In this document: positions 60,164 to 64,000 of the stretch, one piece after another
How positions within the stretch are numbered: position 1 is the stretch's first letter
Layout of the letters: the number at the start of each line of letters is the position of its first letter
DNA from: Polyangiales bacterium
Lineage (GTDB): Bacteria > Myxococcota_A > Polyangia > Polyangiales > Polyangiaceae
DNA length: 64,000 nt
Reading direction: 5' to 3'
NCBI GenBank assembly: GCA_038230375.1
Contig: JBBRNJ010000050.1
Span: 1 to 64,000 of the forward strand
Position numbers and translations under genes: made by a program
The notes under the pieces: model-generated
What the model was told of the DNA's origin: nothing
The model's input: the letters and a program-made list of their open reading frames with translations, nothing else
The model's database searches: none

Positions 60164-61297
60164 ATGGCCCGCGCAGCCACCCCCATCTCCCCCACCCTCC
60201 TGCGGACCTCCGCCTTCGCGACGGCGACGCTGCTGGGGGTCATTGGAGTGACCGGAGCCTGCGGCTCGTCGGACGGCAACCTGTACGGCGGAGCCGACGG
60301 CGCCCCTCCCGGGACCGAGGACGACGCATCCACCGGCCCGGCGAAGGACAGCTCCATGGGCGTCGACGGCCCGAACGACCCGACCGCCGACGCCAACCCA
60401 GGCACTTGGCCCGACTGCAAGACACAGCCTGCGAAGACCCAGCTGCTGACGCTGCCCTCCATCTGGCAGACCCTCGACACCGCCACCCCACAGGGCGTGT
60501 TCGTCAAGAATGTGCATGTTACAGCCATCTCGGGCGGCGCGTGCAAGCCTGGCTTCGCCTGTCAGTTCTTCGTCCAGGACGCGAGCTACGCGACCCTGCC
60601 GCTGGCGGCGCACCACGCCATCAAGGTCCTCGCCTCAGGCACGGTGAGCAAGTACTTCAGCGCGCTCGCGGTCGGGGACATCGTCGACGTGAGCGGCTCC
60701 GCCTGGCGTTTCACCCTGTTCGGCGAGAACGAGCTGCTCATCGAGGTGAACCTGATGCTGCAGGGCTGCGCGAACAAGACCGGCACCGGCGCGCTCACCG
60801 GCGTCCCCAACGTCGCGCTCTCCGAGTTCACCGTCGACCACTACGAGCACACGTACGGCCCGGTCCTGGTGACCGTGCCCAGCGTGAGCGGCAAGTACAC
60901 CGGGCCTCCGAGCGCCACATTCGGCCTGTTCCCGACGGCCGGCGGTGACGCGGGCGCGTTCGACGGCGGCGCGGCGCAGGACATCGTGAGCCTCAGCCCG
61001 TACTTCTTGCCGAACGGGCAGTTCACCGGCCTCACCCAGGGCGCGGTCACGAAGTTCGCGACGATCACCGGCGTGTTCGACGTGTTCTACGCGGCGGGCC
61101 CGGCGCCAACGCCCGATGCGGGGACCCCGGACGCAAGCACCGACGCTGGGGATGCGGGCGCGGACGCAAGCATGGACGCAAGCACCGACGCAGGCACCGA
61201 CGCGGGCAAGGACGCTGGCAGCGATTCAGGCGCAGGTGGATCGACCCGGTATCTCGAGCTCGCCCCGAGAACCACCGCGGACATCATCGCGAACTGA
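60164..61297 (+). CDS. Hypothetical lipoprotein (OB-fold-like) with DAG low-complexity insert
   Basis: AGGAG RBS, lipobox TGAC, V.VTA...FFVQD...VGDIVDV.G, ITGV...F and ELAPRT..DI motifs. Confidence 0.82.
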   Translation: MARAATPISPTLLRTSAFATATLLGVIGVTGACGSSDGNLYGGADGAPPGTEDDASTGPAKDSSMGVDGPNDPTADANPGTWPDCKTQPAKTQLLTLPSIWQTLDTATPQGVFVKNVHVTAISGGACKPGFACQFFVQDASYATLPLAAHHAIKVLASGTVSKYFSALAVGDIVDVSGSAWRFTLFGENELLIEVNLMLQGCANKTGTGALTGVPNVALSEFTVDHYEHTYGPVLVTVPSVSGKYTGPPSATFGLFPTAGGDAGAFDGGAAQDIVSLSPYFLPNGQFTGLTQGAVTKFATITGVFDVFYAAGPAPTPDAGTPDASTDAGDAGADASMDASTDAGTDAGKDAGSDSGAGGSTRYLELAPRTTADIIAN

Positions 61298-61329
61298 TAC
61301 ACGCCCAAGAATCGGGCTAAGGTCGGCCC

Positions 61330-61848
61330 ATGTCTCTCTCCGAAGCGGATTTCACCACGCTCGTCACGAGCGCCTGCGACGCCTGCGGTAGCACCGAGCT
61401 GCTGCTTCGTGCGTACGTCGCCGCGCGCTTCACGCTGCTCTCGGGCGAGGCGTACGGCGCCCACCGCTACATCTACAAGGGGGAGGATCTCGCGCGGGGC
61501 GTGTACCGGGCGGACTGCGGCGGCTGCAAGAAGACCCGCTACGAGAGCGACGCCTGCCCCGTCTGCAAGGCCGGCTCCGTGGAGGCCGCCCTTGGCGCGC
61601 CAGACAAGCACACGCGCCCGCTCGAGTGCCCCGGCTGCAAGGACGAACAGGTCGGCTACGTCGCGTACCTGCCCGTCACCGTCAAGTCGAGCGAGGGCCG
61701 TCCCGAGAAGGCGCGCACGCTCACCACGCTCGACGACGAGGGGTGCCACGGGATCCGTGTAGAATGCAAGGATTGCCTCTACTCCGAGCCGCTTCCGAAG
61801 AGCGGCTGCGTGTTGTGCAGCGCAAAGAGTCCCGCCGTCACCGCTTGA
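61330..61848 (+). CDS. Cys-rich protein with six CxxC pairs (tandem zinc-ribbon-like)
   Basis: CDAC, CGGC, CPVC, CPGC, CKDC, CVLC. Confidence 0.8.
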   Translation: MSLSEADFTTLVTSACDACGSTELLLRAYVAARFTLLSGEAYGAHRYIYKGEDLARGVYRADCGGCKKTRYESDACPVCKAGSVEAALGAPDKHTRPLECPGCKDEQVGYVAYLPVTVKSSEGRPEKARTLTTLDDEGCHGIRVECKDCLYSEPLPKSGCVLCSAKSPAVTA

Positions 61849-63862
61849 AGGTGAGCGGCACGGGCTCGTTTGCGCGCTTGCCATGTCCAGTCCCGAGCTC
61901 GTTGTACTCGTTCTTGCCCCAGCACCAGACCGACCCGTCCACGAGGAGCGCGCACGCGCGATCCTGCTCCAGTGCGACCTCCCGCGCGGAGTCGATACCC
62001 AGCACGGGCGCCGCCGCCTCGCGACCCACGTACGTCCCGTCGCCCAGCTGTCCGGACGCATTGTCCCCCCAGCACAGCACGCGTCCCTGCTTCTCGAGCG
62101 CGCAGGCGTAGTCGCCGTCCGCAAGCACGCGCACGACGTCCCGAGGCCCGGGAATCTCCATGGGGGCGTGGAACTCCCCGCTGAGGGTGCCGGAGGCCGC
62201 GCCGCCGCCCTGGCAGAAGACGCGTCCGTCCGTCGATGCGACACAGACATGCTGGCTACCCACTGCCACGGATACGGCGCGCGGAAAGCCCGGCATTGGC
62301 ACGGGCGCGAGCCTTTCGTCGGCGAAGACGTCACCCCAGCAGCGCAGCGAGCCGTCTCGCAGGCGGGCGCATGAACGTGTCTCTCCGGTTCGGACCTCCG
62401 CGGCAAGGGCGATACCGGGGACCGGGCCTGCCGCCGCTGCAACGTTCGATGCAACGCTCTTCTGGCCACGCCCCAGCTCTCCCTGCCCATTCGATCCCCA
62501 GCACCACACACGGCCGTCGGGCAGCGTGGCGCATCCAAAATTCTCCCGCACGGAGAGGTCGATGGCAGGCGGGAGCCCGGGGATCGCCACGAGTTCGTGC
62601 CCCTGAGCGTTGCGCTCCCAGGCCTTTTCTTGTGTGCCCGTGTGACCGAGGAGCGGCTGGTCCGGGTACCCCGCGCACTTCACGCGCGCGTCGCTAGACC
62701 TGAGGCAACTCCGGCTGATCTGGCGAACGCCGCTCAACTTTGGTGGCGTTGCGATGCTGCTGAAGAGGCAATCTGCGGTGCCGCCCTTCAGGATCGGGCA
62801 GAGTGTGTTGCCGTCCCCCAGGTGAAGGACGTGCGTCATCTCGGCCATTCGAACAGGCGCGGGCTCCGTCTTCACTCCGCCGTCGCCCAGCATACCGTCC
62901 GCGCGCTCGCCCCAGCACGCCGCGTGACGAGCGCGATCGATCACGCAGATGAGGCCGCCGCCCTCCGTCCCATGCGCCAGGTCCAGAACCTGCCCAAGCG
63001 AAGCCGGCAGCTTCTCCACGACGAGCGGTGATCCGTCTGCGCGACGCGGCCAATAGGTATGGTTCGAGGCCGAGAGCTTCACGACGTCCCGCTGCGACGC
63101 GGGGAGCGCAACGCCTTGCTGTGCGAGAGGGCCCGGTATGCAGCGCGCATCGCCATTGCGACCGAGCGTGCAGACACCGTAGTACGTGGATGCAAGCTCC
63201 ACGACGTCCCTCACCTCCGCGAGCGGCTCGGGAGGCTTCCCCGGCGCGAAGCATCGCACGTCGGACGTGGTGCGCGCGCATACGAGACCGCCGCCAATGG
63301 CAACGTCGAGCGCGCCATGGATGCCTTCGATGCGAGTCGCCGTTCGCGGAACGACCGCGTCTGCAGCGAACGACGTCGCGAAGCAATGCAGCTCTCCGCC
63401 CGCCGTGACCGCGCACCCGAAAGTGTCGTTCATGGACAGCGACACCACGCCGGCCACGGTCCCGATGGCCTTGGCCTGCGCGCCGAAGCACGTGAGCGCG
63501 CCCGACACGGCTGCGCAGGTCAGCCGCGCCGATGTCGCCACGGTCGTCACGTTCTCGGCAACCAGCGCCGGATGGAGCCGCGGCGCGCCCCTGGTGTCGC
63601 CGAGCTGCCCGTAGGCGTTGTTGCCCCAGCAGAAGAGGCCGCCATCACGCAGCAGCGCGCACGCATGATGTCGCCCGGTGACGAGCTGCACCACGTCCGT
63701 GGGTGCGCCGGTCTCCGCCGGCTTCGGCGGCGTTGCGGTCGATGGCGGCACCGCGCTTGCGGCGGCGACCGATGCGACAGCAGGTGGGTGTGCCGCGGGT
63801 GTTTGCGACGGCTCTGCGCACGCGACGACGAGCAGCGGCAGGAGGAGTGACGAGATTCGCAT
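61838..63862 (-). CDS. RCC1/BLIP-II repeat lipoprotein
   Basis: Lipobox VVAC; repeated H.CA...G.V.CWG.N..GQLG.G units. Confidence 0.92.
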   Translation of the reverse strand: MRISSLLLPLLVVACAEPSQTPAAHPPAVASVAAASAVPPSTATPPKPAETGAPTDVVQLVTGRHHACALLRDGGLFCWGNNAYGQLGDTRGAPRLHPALVAENVTTVATSARLTCAAVSGALTCFGAQAKAIGTVAGVVSLSMNDTFGCAVTAGGELHCFATSFAADAVVPRTATRIEGIHGALDVAIGGGLVCARTTSDVRCFAPGKPPEPLAEVRDVVELASTYYGVCTLGRNGDARCIPGPLAQQGVALPASQRDVVKLSASNHTYWPRRADGSPLVVEKLPASLGQVLDLAHGTEGGGLICVIDRARHAACWGERADGMLGDGGVKTEPAPVRMAEMTHVLHLGDGNTLCPILKGGTADCLFSSIATPPKLSGVRQISRSCLRSSDARVKCAGYPDQPLLGHTGTQEKAWERNAQGHELVAIPGLPPAIDLSVRENFGCATLPDGRVWCWGSNGQGELGRGQKSVASNVAAAAGPVPGIALAAEVRTGETRSCARLRDGSLRCWGDVFADERLAPVPMPGFPRAVSVAVGSQHVCVASTDGRVFCQGGGAASGTLSGEFHAPMEIPGPRDVVRVLADGDYACALEKQGRVLCWGDNASGQLGDGTYVGREAAAPVLGIDSAREVALEQDRACALLVDGSVWCWGKNEYNELGTGHGKRANEPVPLTFKR

Positions 63863-63999
63863 CACCCTGGAGCGTACAACGAGAGTCTCCGGACGTTCTC
63901 ATCCACGCTGAGCGGATGCCCGAGCGCCGGCAGCGCGCGCTGCTCGCAGTCCACGCGGTCGCATACGCGGCAGGTGACACCGACCGGCACATAGGCGTC
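63862..63999 (-). CDS. Short-chain fatty acyl-CoA regulator (ScfR/RamB/PrpR family), C-terminus only; not in the ORF track
   Basis: Manual translation DAYVPVGVTCRVCDRVDCEQRALPALGHPLSVDENVRRLSLYAPG* matches the P+G..CR.C.R..C.QRA.P motif; TGATG overlap with the RCC1 gene. Confidence 0.85.
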   Translation of the reverse strand, partial: DAYVPVGVTCRVCDRVDCEQRALPALGHPLSVDENVRRLSLYAPG

Positions 64000-64000
64000 G

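Noticed and set aside
61330..61848. Multiheme cytochrome
   Set aside because: None of the CxxC pairs is followed by His and there is no export signal.

Overview
This is 64 kb of high-GC bacterial chromosome, most likely Myxococcota of the Polyangiaceae/Labilithrix type. That is inferred from MYXO-CTERM tails, an FHA-sigma54 activator, a TIGR04552-like protein, a Ser/Thr kinase and many Cys-rich 'DAG'-repeat lipoproteins. About 67 CDSs can be supported. Housekeeping genes (preA, panB, yicC-gmk-mtnP-pfkB, trpG/D/C, xerD, rpmB, pgi) are interleaved with envelope and accessory genes. I found no rRNA, tRNA, CRISPR array or transposase. The most notable observations are: (1) a ~1438-aa lipoprotein with BPI/LBP(TULIP)-like motifs, an internal MYXO-CTERM anchor and a second internal signal/lipobox, possibly a processed surface polyprotein; (2) a TetR/SDR divergon split by a 2.7-kb insert bounded by an exact 20-bp operator-like direct repeat; (3) a DUF3570/DUF4266 operon with a CX13CH lipoprotein, an SH3-beta-barrel, a cNMP-MscS channel and a MYXO-CTERM protein, but no ApbE or thioredoxin; (4) a CymR-like Rrf2-cysK-CysO-cysM-Mec sulfur-carrier operon; (5) a TA-flanked MITE-like palindrome supplying the preA stop codon; (6) a recurrent TANNNT-6/7nt-start arrangement suggesting widespread leaderless mRNAs. 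Family assignments come from motif recognition by eye, not database searches.
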